From positions 1 through 44,042 of the forward strand of contig JBGCDR010000182.1 in the NCBI GenBank assembly GCA_045105515.1: 44,042 nucleotides of DNA, read 5' to 3'. The notes beneath the pieces are model-generated. The model did not search any database, had not been told where the DNA came from, and was given only the letters and a program-made list of their open reading frames with translations. This stretch comes from Oligoflexales bacterium (GTDB taxonomy: Bacteria; Bdellovibrionota_B; Oligoflexia; Oligoflexales; Bog-1112). How positions within the stretch are numbered: the first letter of the stretch is position 1; each line of letters opens with the position of its first letter. A program made the position numbers and the translations under genes. Shown here in pieces: positions 17,648 to 27,469 of this stretch.

Positions 17648-18959
17648 TAAGAATTACGTGAAAGCAGGTGCCATGATCCTTACTTGATTCACTTTCTTCA
17701 GTACTTTCCAGTACAACGGTTCCGCCAAATCTTTCAACATAGGTTTTGACTAGAGGCATGCCAAAGCCAGTTCCTTTTTCACCAGCAGTTCCCAGGCGAG
17801 TTGTTACTCTTTCACCAGAAAAGATATTGTTCTGTAGAGATTTTGGGATCCCTATTCCCTGATCTTGAATACTCATACATAGTTTATTTGGTGAGTGGGA
17901 ACTTATTTTTACTTTTATTTTGCCACCTTCAGGACTAAATTTTATTGCATTTGAAAGGATGTTATTAAATATACTGTTGGTTAAAACGATGGGATCGGCT
18001 AAGACAACCGGATTATCAGCACTACACTCTAAGAATAAACTAATATTTTTTGTATCAAGTCGGTCTCGAAAAACAAATTCGCCCTGCTCATAGGTTTTCA
18101 ATAAGCTTACAGGTTTAAGATCGATCGGTTTTTTTCCTGAATCAATAGCATCGATTTCGACGATATGGGAAATCAATTTACTTTGGTTGTCGGCAGCTCT
18201 TTTGATTTTGTCCATAATTCCTAATATTTTTTCGGGAGTTTCGGCTGCATATTTGGCACTTAGAGCCACAGCTGTGAAGATTACATTTATATAGTTATTT
18301 AAATCATGAGATAATATTCGAATCAAATTCCGTTTCTCATTTGCCGCAGATTCTAATTCTTGATTGATCTTTTTTAATTCGATGGTGCGCTCTTCAACTT
18401 TCTTTTCCAATTCTTGGTTGAAACTAGCTAACTGCATATTTTTGCTATGCAACTCTTCAGTAATTTTGCGTAGTGCAATTATGCGATCATATGACCGCAG
18501 AGCCACAGTCATTGTTGTGAACATTTTGGTGTGAGTAAGTTCTGTTTTAAGCTTGTACTCGTCAATATCGAATTCAGTAATTACTTTTTCTTCTGGTGCA
18601 TCTCCGGGTTGACCAGTCCTTAGGATGATCCGAATCATGTTGTTTTTTAGTTCGTCACGAATGAATTTTACTAGTTTTAATCCAGAGTTACGCTCTTCCA
18701 TTACTACATCTAGCAGGATCAATGCAAAATCATTTTCTTGCTGTAAGGCATTTTTTGCTTGTTCAGAATTAAAAACAGAGCTTATGTTTAGATGTTTACC
18801 ATCATATTGATAATTCTTGAGTGCCAACTTGGTTATAAGATGTACCTGCTCTTCATCGTCAACGATGAGAATATTCCACTTTATATCCGATATTTCATGG
18901 TCTTCTGATTGATCTTCTTCTAAGAAAACGAGTTCATCATCGTCTAAGTCAGTACTCAT
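17631..18959 (-). CDS. Hybrid response regulator receiver - histidine kinase
   Basis: AGGAGG RBS before MSTDLDDD. ILIVDDE, LLDVVME, ILRTGQPG, H-box SHDLNN, NILSNAIKFS, DQGIGI, GTGFGM. Confidence 0.92.
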   Translation of the reverse strand: MSTDLDDDELVFLEEDQSEDHEISDIKWNILIVDDEEQVHLITKLALKNYQYDGKHLNISSVFNSEQAKNALQQENDFALILLDVVMEERNSGLKLVKFIRDELKNNMIRIILRTGQPGDAPEEKVITEFDIDEYKLKTELTHTKMFTTMTVALRSYDRIIALRKITEELHSKNMQLASFNQELEKKVEERTIELKKINQELESAANEKRNLIRILSHDLNNYINVIFTAVALSAKYAAETPEKILGIMDKIKRAADNQSKLISHIVEIDAIDSGKKPIDLKPVSLLKTYEQGEFVFRDRLDTKNISLFLECSADNPVVLADPIVLTNSIFNNILSNAIKFSPEGGKIKVKISSHSPNKLCMSIQDQGIGIPKSLQNNIFSGERVTTRLGTAGEKGTGFGMPLVKTYVERFGGTVVLESTEESESSKDHGTCFHVILNEAKQ

Positions 18960-19105
18960 CTTTTCCTCCTTGATTATGTGTTTCGGGTGAAAAAAAAATA
19001 TATAAAATATGCAGCAATACTTAATATTGATCAAATAACTATTAATTTTGATAATAGCTAGAAATATTGATTTAGTGGCAGCGGAGCAGAAATTTTTGGA
19101 AAAGG

Positions 19106-19132
19106 TAAACCCCATAAAAAGAAATCCGAAGA
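19106..19132 (+). promoter_or_regulatory. Sigma28-like promoter
   Basis: TAAA-N15-TCCGAAGA, about 55 bp before the 19187 start. Confidence 0.55.
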
Positions 19133-19186
19133 AACGAGAGTGCGTGGATTCGTTTCCATTCTAATATATTTTGAAAGGGTAATAAT

Positions 19187-20035
19187 TTGAATGCTAAACA
19201 GTCAATTTACAAGAATCAGAGTAAAAATTTAGAAGAAGTAAAGATAGCTACCAAGAAAGAAGTTGGAGCTGTGGCTAATGACCCTATGGGGCGCTATCGA
19301 TTGAGGGAAGCCTTTTATGAACATTTTGGTTTCGGGCACCTTGATCGTTTTGGTTTTGGTCGATCCGAGCTTGATTTTCTCAAATGGGAGATAAACCGGG
19401 GAGCATTAAACCCTTTAGCTTCTAAAATAGATGGACGACAAACTCCAAAACCAGGAAGTCCTTGGTGGAGAGATGTAAATACGGAATTCAATTATCTGTC
19501 AGAGTTAGCGGGAAATATCTATGTCGCAGGAATTGAAGCTCCTGGTCTTGAAAAAGAGGTGCAGTTCTGGCTTGACTATATCCATACTCCCAATGAACGA
19601 ACTTGGTATAGGGCCCATAATAGTAGTATTGTAAAAGCATATTTAAATCAAATTTCCAAGGCCAAACAAGAAGATACTAATGAACAGTATTTTCTCAATC
19701 AGGTCCTTTATCGACTTTGTTATGCCCAGGCACTGGCTATGGGAGATGCACTGGGAGATTTGGGTGAGATTCTTGCCGATCCAAGATTACCTTCTGTAAA
19801 TATTCTGGTCCATTTGCCCGTCCTTTATCCGGACAATTATCAGTTAACTCCTCAGGATGTAAAAAATATTCATGGAAAAAGCCATGGCTTACAAACAGAT
19901 TTACTGATCCTCCTTGATAATGAAATCATTTTGCCAAATATAGAAAAGATTTACATGGAGATTAGCAAAGAAATCCAAGAACCGCAGCTCAATGAACTAT
20001 TGCAAAACGGAAAACCAATTTATCCAAACATATGA
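19187..20035 (+). CDS. Hypothetical protein of unknown function
   Basis: 282-aa ORF with TTG start, rich in aromatic motifs (FLKWEINRGALNP, PGSPWWRDVN, WYRAHNSSI). First of three closely spaced co-oriented genes. Confidence 0.8.
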   Translation: MNAKQSIYKNQSKNLEEVKIATKKEVGAVANDPMGRYRLREAFYEHFGFGHLDRFGFGRSELDFLKWEINRGALNPLASKIDGRQTPKPGSPWWRDVNTEFNYLSELAGNIYVAGIEAPGLEKEVQFWLDYIHTPNERTWYRAHNSSIVKAYLNQISKAKQEDTNEQYFLNQVLYRLCYAQALAMGDALGDLGEILADPRLPSVNILVHLPVLYPDNYQLTPQDVKNIHGKSHGLQTDLLILLDNEIILPNIEKIYMEISKEIQEPQLNELLQNGKPIYPNI

Positions 20036-20051
20036 TATAAAGGAATACCTC

Positions 20052-22151
20052 ATGGAAAAGAAAAAAATACATATTTTAGGTGCTGGAATGTCATCTTTGA
20101 CCACAGCTTATGAACTGAGCAAACAAGAAAATTGGCAGGATCAATATGATATTACCATCCATGTTCTAGGCTGGCGCTGTGGGGGGAAAACGTCTACAGG
20201 ACGAGGGCAGGCAATGGAAGTTAAGGAAGTTGGGATTCATATTTTGCAAGGTTGGTATGATAATACCTTTGCAATGATGCAAGAAGTATATAGAGAAAGG
20301 CATGCAAAAGGAATAGATTTAGAGAATCCATATCAAGATTTCATGTCAGCACTTGTGAAAAATAATACCACCTTGCTTACAGAGTTTAGACCTAAAGAAA
20401 ATAGCTGGATCAATTGGCCTTTGATCATTCCGGAAAACAATCTTGTGCCTGGTGAAGGTCCTGCAAAAACCCCAATGGAACTCATCAGAGAAGGGGTTGC
20501 AATTGTGCTTGAGCTTATTCTTGGATCTCCCTATGCGAAAGATGAAGGCCCCATTGCAGATTGGATTTTAGAACACTTTTTTCCCAATGAATCGAAGCCA
20601 TCTTCATTCGATAAAGTGCTTAGCCATATTTTTTCATCATTAGGTCTAAAAAAGACGAAGAACCAAGAACGGGAACATAATTTAGAAAAATTGTTGGATT
20701 CTTTAGGTGGTGCTGTTGCTGCTATGGGAAAAATACTAGAGCGTTTAGAAGATATCCCTGATCGCGTACGCCGACTTCATTTATTGGGTGAACTAGCTGT
20801 GGTCAATTTAAAGGGAATTCTTGAAGATGTGTATGATCCTAAAACTGGACAATTAAATTTTGGCAATATTCAGGATGTAGATTATCGAGCTTGGTTAACA
20901 AAGCATGGAGCAAGTAAGGAGTGTACTAATTTTGTTGTAGTCCGTTTCTTTTACACTGGAACTTTTGCCAATCAATTTGGTGATAACCAACAAGGTGGAG
21001 CCATAGGTGCAGGAACAGCTTTGCAGTTTGTTTTAGCATCATTGGGTTATAAGGGCGCATTTGTATATCAAATGAAAGCAGGAACAGGTGATACTTTAGT
21101 AATGCCATTGTTTCAAGTATTAAAATCTAGGGGAATAAAGTTTGAGTTTTTTAGTGAAGTTCTCGATATTCAATATTCGAATACTGGAAACATAGAAGAA
21201 GTCACTTTTGCTAAGCAAGTAGAGTTAAAAGATCCAAAAATTAGCTACGATCCCGCTATTGAAGCTCCCAATCATATTAGTGCATGGCCAGATCAGCCAC
21301 TTTACGAGCAACTAAACCAGCAACAAGCGAGGGATCTTCAGGCAAAAAACATAGATCTTGAAGATCCATGGGCAAATTGGAAACCTGTAGATACCTATAC
21401 TATGAAGCGATCACAGAATGATTTTGATATTTTAGTCCTAGGTATCCCTGTTGGGGTACTTCCAAGTATTTGTCCTAGTATCGTTGAAAAAGTACCTTCT
21501 TGGAAGCAAATGACTGAGGGTGTAAAAGGTACTGCAACTATGGCAATGCAACTATGGCTTAAACCTAGCTTACAAGAGTTAGGTTTTCAGTATGCGGATT
21601 GGGGCCTTCCTGAGGAAAATGGTGCACCTAACTGTGTCTCTTATGAAAATCCACAATACTCTTGGTTGGATCAATCCCTTGTTTTAGAAAACGAGACTTG
21701 GCAAGACCCAAAGCCAAAACTACTAGCATATTATTGTGGAGCAATGAATACGCAATCGCCACAACCACCATACGCAGAACACAGCTATCCTCAGGATCAA
21801 AATGAGAAGGTTCAAACTACTTCGGAACAGTGGTTGCAGGATAATATGGCTTGGTTTTGGCCTAATGGTGCTGCACCTGAAGCCCCACAAGGTCTAGATT
21901 GGAGTTTAGTTAAGGCGACATACTATCGTGCTAATGTTGCACGGTCTTACCATTATACCCTTTCGGTTCCTGGTTCAGATAAGAAACGATTAAAAGTTGA
22001 CGAGTCAGGTTTTGAAAACCTCTTCTTCTGCGGGGATTGGACGAATTTTGGGATCAATGTAGGTTATATAGAAGGTGCTGTAATTTCAGGAAAACAGGCA
22101 GCAGAAGCTGTGTCACTAGTATCTGAGAAAAGTAAACGTAAGGCAGCCTAA
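20052..22151 (+). CDS. FAD/NAD(P)-binding oxidoreductase (amine oxidase / carotenoid desaturase superfamily)
   Basis: AAGGA RBS. IHILGAGMSSLTTAYEL, GWRCGGK, EVGIHILQGWYDN, C-terminal NLFFCGDWT...GYIEGAVISG. Confidence 0.88.
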   Translation: MEKKKIHILGAGMSSLTTAYELSKQENWQDQYDITIHVLGWRCGGKTSTGRGQAMEVKEVGIHILQGWYDNTFAMMQEVYRERHAKGIDLENPYQDFMSALVKNNTTLLTEFRPKENSWINWPLIIPENNLVPGEGPAKTPMELIREGVAIVLELILGSPYAKDEGPIADWILEHFFPNESKPSSFDKVLSHIFSSLGLKKTKNQEREHNLEKLLDSLGGAVAAMGKILERLEDIPDRVRRLHLLGELAVVNLKGILEDVYDPKTGQLNFGNIQDVDYRAWLTKHGASKECTNFVVVRFFYTGTFANQFGDNQQGGAIGAGTALQFVLASLGYKGAFVYQMKAGTGDTLVMPLFQVLKSRGIKFEFFSEVLDIQYSNTGNIEEVTFAKQVELKDPKISYDPAIEAPNHISAWPDQPLYEQLNQQQARDLQAKNIDLEDPWANWKPVDTYTMKRSQNDFDILVLGIPVGVLPSICPSIVEKVPSWKQMTEGVKGTATMAMQLWLKPSLQELGFQYADWGLPEENGAPNCVSYENPQYSWLDQSLVLENETWQDPKPKLLAYYCGAMNTQSPQPPYAEHSYPQDQNEKVQTTSEQWLQDNMAWFWPNGAAPEAPQGLDWSLVKATYYRANVARSYHYTLSVPGSDKKRLKVDESGFENLFFCGDWTNFGINVGYIEGAVISGKQAAEAVSLVSEKSKRKAA

Positions 22152-22162
22152 CGGTAAATAGT

Positions 22163-25100
22163 TTGCAGATTTTATTTGAAAAAAGAAAGAACACAACATT
22201 ATACTTGCTGAATGATTCAGATGGGGAAGCTCGGCTAGTTAAAGTATTGAATCATTCTCAGCCAAGCATTGACGAACTAGCACGTTTTGTGAATGAGTAT
22301 GAAACTTGTAAAAACCTCGATATTAAAGGGGTGAGAAAGGTAATAAAATCATATAAAAAGAATGGTAAATATTCAATTATACTTGATTTTATTGAAGGAA
22401 AATCTTTAAGTGAATTGAAGTGGAATAGACCTCTAAACTCACTAGAAGAATACAAAAAACACCTCATTACAATCATAGAAATCTATTTACCATTGCTCGA
22501 AACAGTGTCCAGCCTTCATGAAGCTTCAGTGATTCATCGTGACATTAAGCCCTCGAATATTATCATTGATATAAGTGGTGAGCCTTTCCTTATAGATTTT
22601 GGGCTTGCCATTCTTAAATCGGAAAAGGCTAAATTTCAATCTGATTTGAATCTTCTTGAAGGTAGTTTAGCATATTTGGCTCCAGAGCAGACCGGTCGTA
22701 TTAATCGAACACAGGATATGCGGACGGATCTTTATTCGCTTGGCATTAGCCTATATGAATTATTGACCGGAACCAAGCCGTTTGAAGGAGAAGATGCTTT
22801 AGAATTAGTCCATCAGCACTTAGCGGTCGTGCCAAATCCTCCAAGTAGTCATATTCCTTATATCCCTGAGGCTATAGATCAGGTGATTAACAAGTTACTC
22901 AGTAAGCATCCAGAAAAACGATATCAATCAGCTAAAGGTCTAGCTAGTGATCTACAATTGATACGCCAAGAATTGATTAAGAACAATGATATTAAGGACT
23001 TTTTGCCTGGAAGATTGGATCAATTTAAAGTTTTTCGCGTTCCAGAAACTCTTTATGGAAGAGACAAAGAAATCGCAATTTTTTTAGATCTTTTTGAACA
23101 CAGTGCAAAAGGTTCCCTAGGGATTGTCAGGATTATTGGCGATTCAGGTAGTGGAAAGACATCCTTAATAAAAGAAATCTATAAACCGGTTACACGGCTG
23201 GATGCTAAAATTATCAAGGGAAAATGGGATCCTATCCAAAAGGTTCAACCATATTTGGCAATCAAAGATGCCTTCAATGAGCTTATTGACCATATCATGA
23301 TGCATGATCAGTCTATGATTAATGAAATAAAATATGCTCTTAATTCAGCAGTTTCTGCTCAAGGACAGGTACTCATTGATATTATCCCGAATTTAGCTTT
23401 GCTGCTTGATAGCGATGAAGAAATACAGCCCCTTTATGGAGAGGCTGCTCGAAACCGTATTCATTATTTGTTTGGTAAGGTTTTGAAAGCTTTATGTGAG
23501 CATGTTTATCCTTTGGTTGTTGTCCTAGATGATTTACAATGGGCTGATTCCGCTTCATTGAACCTATTAGAAAGCATTGTAAATTTCCATCAAAATCTTC
23601 CACTCATGTTTATCTTTAGTTATAGGGTAAAGGAAATCAAAGATTCACATCCCCTTAACTTTTTTTTCAATCGCTTGGACAATCATGAGATAAGATATTC
23701 CACAATTAAAATCGAAAGCTTAAGTATTGAAAGTACAGCACACTTAGTCGCGGATAGTCTACAATCTCAAAAAGAAGATGTTTTACAACTAGCAGAAATT
23801 ATTCATAAAAAAACCGGTGGGAATGCATTTCATGTCTTGCAGCTGCTTCAAAACCTTGTTGGCTCTGAGAATCTTTTCTACCAGCAGGCACAAAATAAAT
23901 GGATGTGGAAGCAGGAGATTTTTAAGGAGGTTATGGTTTCTGAGAATCTTGCAAATTTAATGATAGAAAAATTGAATCACTTACCTACCGATCTCCTTAT
24001 TATTTTGCAGGCAGCTTCTTGCATCGGGAGTCGTTTTTCATTGAGAATTTTAAGAGATTCTTTGGCCAGACCTGAAGAAAAATTAGTTCTCGACCTTGAG
24101 CATCTGATTGTATCCCAGTTCTTAAGTGCTGTTAAGGGATCTAGGAAACAGTTTTTTGCGGCTAGAGAGTTGGAAAAAGAAGTAAGCATGGTCTACGGCT
24201 TTTCCCATGATAAAATTCAGGAAGCCGCTTATGCGCTCATACCTGCTGATAAGAAATCAGAATTCCACATCAAGTTAGCTAGAATTTTATATAAACATCC
24301 TATTCACGATGTGTTTACTATCGTAAAAAATTATAACAAAGCCCAGGAATTGTTGTTAACTGAGGAAGAAAAAATTACTGTAGTTAGTTTAAACTTAGAA
24401 TGTGGCAATAAATCCCTAGAAACAGGGGCATATAAGTCATCTGAGACTTTTGCGAAAGCAGGTCTGGCTCTATTGCCTAAAAATCATTGGAACAGCCATT
24501 ATCACCAATCTTTGGATTTCTTCAATATTCTCGTCGAAGTTGCCGCCCTACGTGGAGAACTAAATTCAGTCGATCATTTTAGTAAAGCAATATTTGACTG
24601 TGCTAGAGAGCCATTGCACAAAGTTAGAGCATATAAGAGTTTAATTGTAGCTACCATGGCGCATAAAGATTTAAATAATGCTCTATCAATTGGACTTTCA
24701 GCTCTAAATGAGTTGAACCTCAAAATACCAAATAAGCCAAGTGTCATTAATTTATTGAAAGGTTTACTAAATTTAAAAATGACTTTAGGGGGAAGGGTGG
24801 AAGCTCTTGAACACAAGCCTGAGGTTAAAGATCAAAGGGTCATGGCTTGTTTAAACCTAATTGTAGACCTTATACCAGCTGCTTATCGTAGTGGTGGGAA
24901 TGTTTTCCCTGTGCTGGTCTTCCATTTAGTTCGCTTGACGGCACGTTATGGGAACTCTTCAGCAGGGGTCTTTGGTTTTGCTTCTTATTCGATAGCCCAG
25001 TGTGCGGTCATGAAAGACTATGATAAGGGATATCGGTTTGCAAATTTAGCAATTCGCTTGAGCGATACCTATCCTGAAGCAGCGCATAAATTTATTTACT

Positions 25101-27454
25101 ACAATTTTATTCAGCACTGGAAGAATCCTTTTAAAAATTCTGTAACTGGTATGTTTGAAACCTATGAAAAGTCACGAGAACAAGGTGATCTTTTTACCAG
25201 TACTTGGTCAGCATTTTATTATGTATTTTATCAGTATCTAAATGGAGCATCACTCAGTGAAGTAAAAGATAAACTCGAAAAACTAAAATTTGTGTTACTT
25301 TGGGATGAAGGCGCTGCAAGTTCTGGGCAGCTTTTGAACCAATTACTTGATGATCTTTTAGAAAAAAATACAGGGCATGATTTTCTTGAAGGCAGGTATT
25401 ATAATGGTGCTAGTGCGAAAAAAAGATATCATGAACATAATGATCAAATTGAACTCTGCTTGTATCATTTGCTCAAGTTAAAATTAGCAGTTCTTTATGG
25501 TAAGCCTTCTGATGGATTAATTCATGCTGAAATTTGTAGGAAGCATATTTCATCTGTAATTCCAATGTTTCTTCACGCTCTAATACTTTTTTATGAAAAT
25601 ATTGCGCTTTGTGGCTCGCATCAACTAGCAGCAGTTACCTATAAACAGAAGCAGCAGATAAAAAGAAATATTAAACAATTTAAGGTTTGGTCTGAAATAA
25701 ATTCAACTGATTTTCTATATAGGTACTACTTGCTCGTCGCTGAGTACTCTTTCAACATAGAGAAAAATCCAAGAAAGGCTCTAAGGTATTATAATTTGGC
25801 TTTAGAGCATGCTTTAAATGCTGATGGTCCTATTTTTGATGTTGGACTAATCTACTACAAAACATCTGATTGTTATGCTTTTTCTAATCACGAACATATG
25901 AAGCAAGTGATGGCAGAGCATGCATACAAAGCTTTTGAAGAATGGGGCTGTCAATCTTTGTCAAGGGATATCCTAATTAGGTATCCAAGCATTTCATTCC
26001 ATGGACTAAGTAATATTCAGCCAGCAGAAAGGGAAAACCTTGACGTATCCAATATTAAAGATGGATTTGAACCAACCTCATCAATCATGTCTGGAAAGTT
26101 GGATCTTGATTCTATAATTAAGTCATCTCAGATTATCGCCAGTAAAATAAGAATTTCAGAACTTCTTTCAAATACTCTTGATATTATTATTGAAAATGCA
26201 GGAGCCCAACGTGGGGTATTAGTTTTAAGAACTGATGATTCTTGGACTGTAGAAATGATCAGAGCTATCGAACAATCGGGAAAGCAGGGAGAACGACTAG
26301 GAATACCTATTAATGATAAGAGCTTGAACTTACCGATTTCAATCTTCAATTTTGTTGGGCAAACAAAAAAACCGCTTATTATTCAGAATGCTTCTATGGA
26401 TAAAAAATATGGCTCTGATCGATACTTTAAAAAATCTGAAGTGAAGTCGGTGTTGAGTTTTGTTTTAGAGCATCAAGATATGGTTACTGCAGTTGTTTAC
26501 CTTGAAAATAATATTATTGAAAACGCTTTTAGTTTGGAGCGCCTCAATCCTTTGCAAGTCATTGGGCGGGGAGCATCTATAGCTATAGAGAATTCTCAGC
26601 TTTATGAAAATCTAGAGCAAAAAATCGAAAAACGTACCCGTGAGCTTTCAGATGCTTTAGAAAACTTACAAGAAACCCAAGCACAACTTCTTGAAACCGA
26701 GAAAATGGCAGCACTTGGAAATCTAGTGGCTGGGGTGGCTCATGAGTTGAATACCCCCTTGGGAGTTAGCTTAACTGCTGCTTCAACCTTAAATAAAGCC
26801 TATGATGACATGAGTGTTAGCTTGCAAACAGGTATAAAAAAATCACAATTAAGTGGTTTTTTACAGCTTGTAGACCAGTCGTCTCAGGCTATTCTGAATA
26901 GTAGTCAAAAAGCTCATGAATTGGTCGAAAATTTTAAGCAATTGGCAGTAAATATGAGTGAAGAGCAAAAGGTAAAATTTAATTTGTATTCTCATATGAG
27001 TGAATTTTTAGAAGTTCTTGTATCTGAGTTACCAAGTGAAGTAGAGTTACTCTGGGATTGTAATCAAAAAATCTATGTCGAAACCTATCAGAATTCATTT
27101 GGCCAAATCTTTAGACAGCTAGTGGAAAACTCAGTAGAGCATGGTTTTGAAAAGGGTTTAAGAGGGAGTGTTTCTATAGATTTAACTGTTGAACAAAACA
27201 CATTGCTGATTAAATTTAGAGACAATGGAAGTGGGATTAAAGGTCCAGATTTAGTAAAGATTTTTGAGCCATTTTTTACCACTAAGAGAGTCCTTGGTAG
27301 CACTGGATTGGGGCTGCATCTTGTTTATAATTTAGTGAGTCAAAAGTTTGGTGGCTCTATAAACTGCGAGAGTGAAGTTTCAGAATATACTGAATTTACC
27401 ATTAGGATCCCAGACTGCATTGTGGAGGAAAATGATTTGCCATCTGCAGCATAA
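22163..27454 (+). CDS. Ser/Thr kinase - AAA ATPase - GAF - histidine kinase (HstK-like)
   Basis: HRDIKPSN, DFG, YLAPEQTGR. Walker A GDSGSGKT, LDDLQWAD. GAF (VYLENN). AHELNTPLG, DNGSG, FEPFFTT, GLGL. Confidence 0.95.
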   Translation: MQILFEKRKNTTLYLLNDSDGEARLVKVLNHSQPSIDELARFVNEYETCKNLDIKGVRKVIKSYKKNGKYSIILDFIEGKSLSELKWNRPLNSLEEYKKHLITIIEIYLPLLETVSSLHEASVIHRDIKPSNIIIDISGEPFLIDFGLAILKSEKAKFQSDLNLLEGSLAYLAPEQTGRINRTQDMRTDLYSLGISLYELLTGTKPFEGEDALELVHQHLAVVPNPPSSHIPYIPEAIDQVINKLLSKHPEKRYQSAKGLASDLQLIRQELIKNNDIKDFLPGRLDQFKVFRVPETLYGRDKEIAIFLDLFEHSAKGSLGIVRIIGDSGSGKTSLIKEIYKPVTRLDAKIIKGKWDPIQKVQPYLAIKDAFNELIDHIMMHDQSMINEIKYALNSAVSAQGQVLIDIIPNLALLLDSDEEIQPLYGEAARNRIHYLFGKVLKALCEHVYPLVVVLDDLQWADSASLNLLESIVNFHQNLPLMFIFSYRVKEIKDSHPLNFFFNRLDNHEIRYSTIKIESLSIESTAHLVADSLQSQKEDVLQLAEIIHKKTGGNAFHVLQLLQNLVGSENLFYQQAQNKWMWKQEIFKEVMVSENLANLMIEKLNHLPTDLLIILQAASCIGSRFSLRILRDSLARPEEKLVLDLEHLIVSQFLSAVKGSRKQFFAARELEKEVSMVYGFSHDKIQEAAYALIPADKKSEFHIKLARILYKHPIHDVFTIVKNYNKAQELLLTEEEKITVVSLNLECGNKSLETGAYKSSETFAKAGLALLPKNHWNSHYHQSLDFFNILVEVAALRGELNSVDHFSKAIFDCAREPLHKVRAYKSLIVATMAHKDLNNALSIGLSALNELNLKIPNKPSVINLLKGLLNLKMTLGGRVEALEHKPEVKDQRVMACLNLIVDLIPAAYRSGGNVFPVLVFHLVRLTARYGNSSAGVFGFASYSIAQCAVMKDYDKGYRFANLAIRLSDTYPEAAHKFIYYNFIQHWKNPFKNSVTGMFETYEKSREQGDLFTSTWSAFYYVFYQYLNGASLSEVKDKLEKLKFVLLWDEGAASSGQLLNQLLDDLLEKNTGHDFLEGRYYNGASAKKRYHEHNDQIELCLYHLLKLKLAVLYGKPSDGLIHAEICRKHISSVIPMFLHALILFYENIALCGSHQLAAVTYKQKQQIKRNIKQFKVWSEINSTDFLYRYYLLVAEYSFNIEKNPRKALRYYNLALEHALNADGPIFDVGLIYYKTSDCYAFSNHEHMKQVMAEHAYKAFEEWGCQSLSRDILIRYPSISFHGLSNIQPAERENLDVSNIKDGFEPTSSIMSGKLDLDSIIKSSQIIASKIRISELLSNTLDIIIENAGAQRGVLVLRTDDSWTVEMIRAIEQSGKQGERLGIPINDKSLNLPISIFNFVGQTKKPLIIQNASMDKKYGSDRYFKKSEVKSVLSFVLEHQDMVTAVVYLENNIIENAFSLERLNPLQVIGRGASIAIENSQLYENLEQKIEKRTRELSDALENLQETQAQLLETEKMAALGNLVAGVAHELNTPLGVSLTAASTLNKAYDDMSVSLQTGIKKSQLSGFLQLVDQSSQAILNSSQKAHELVENFKQLAVNMSEEQKVKFNLYSHMSEFLEVLVSELPSEVELLWDCNQKIYVETYQNSFGQIFRQLVENSVEHGFEKGLRGSVSIDLTVEQNTLLIKFRDNGSGIKGPDLVKIFEPFFTTKRVLGSTGLGLHLVYNLVSQKFGGSINCESEVSEYTEFTIRIPDCIVEENDLPSAA

Positions 27455-27469
27455 AATGTTTTTGATTGC

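Noticed and set aside
18960..19115. N-terminal extensions given by the ORF track (also at 439, 5861, 19992, 29761, 32935, 39561)
   Set aside because: Downstream starts have better RBSs and/or begin at the expected family N-terminus or signal peptide.
19131..19156. GAAACGA...TCGTTTC hairpin in the leader of the 19187 operon as a riboswitch or terminator
   Set aside because: Only a 7-bp stem, no U-tract and no recognisable aptamer.
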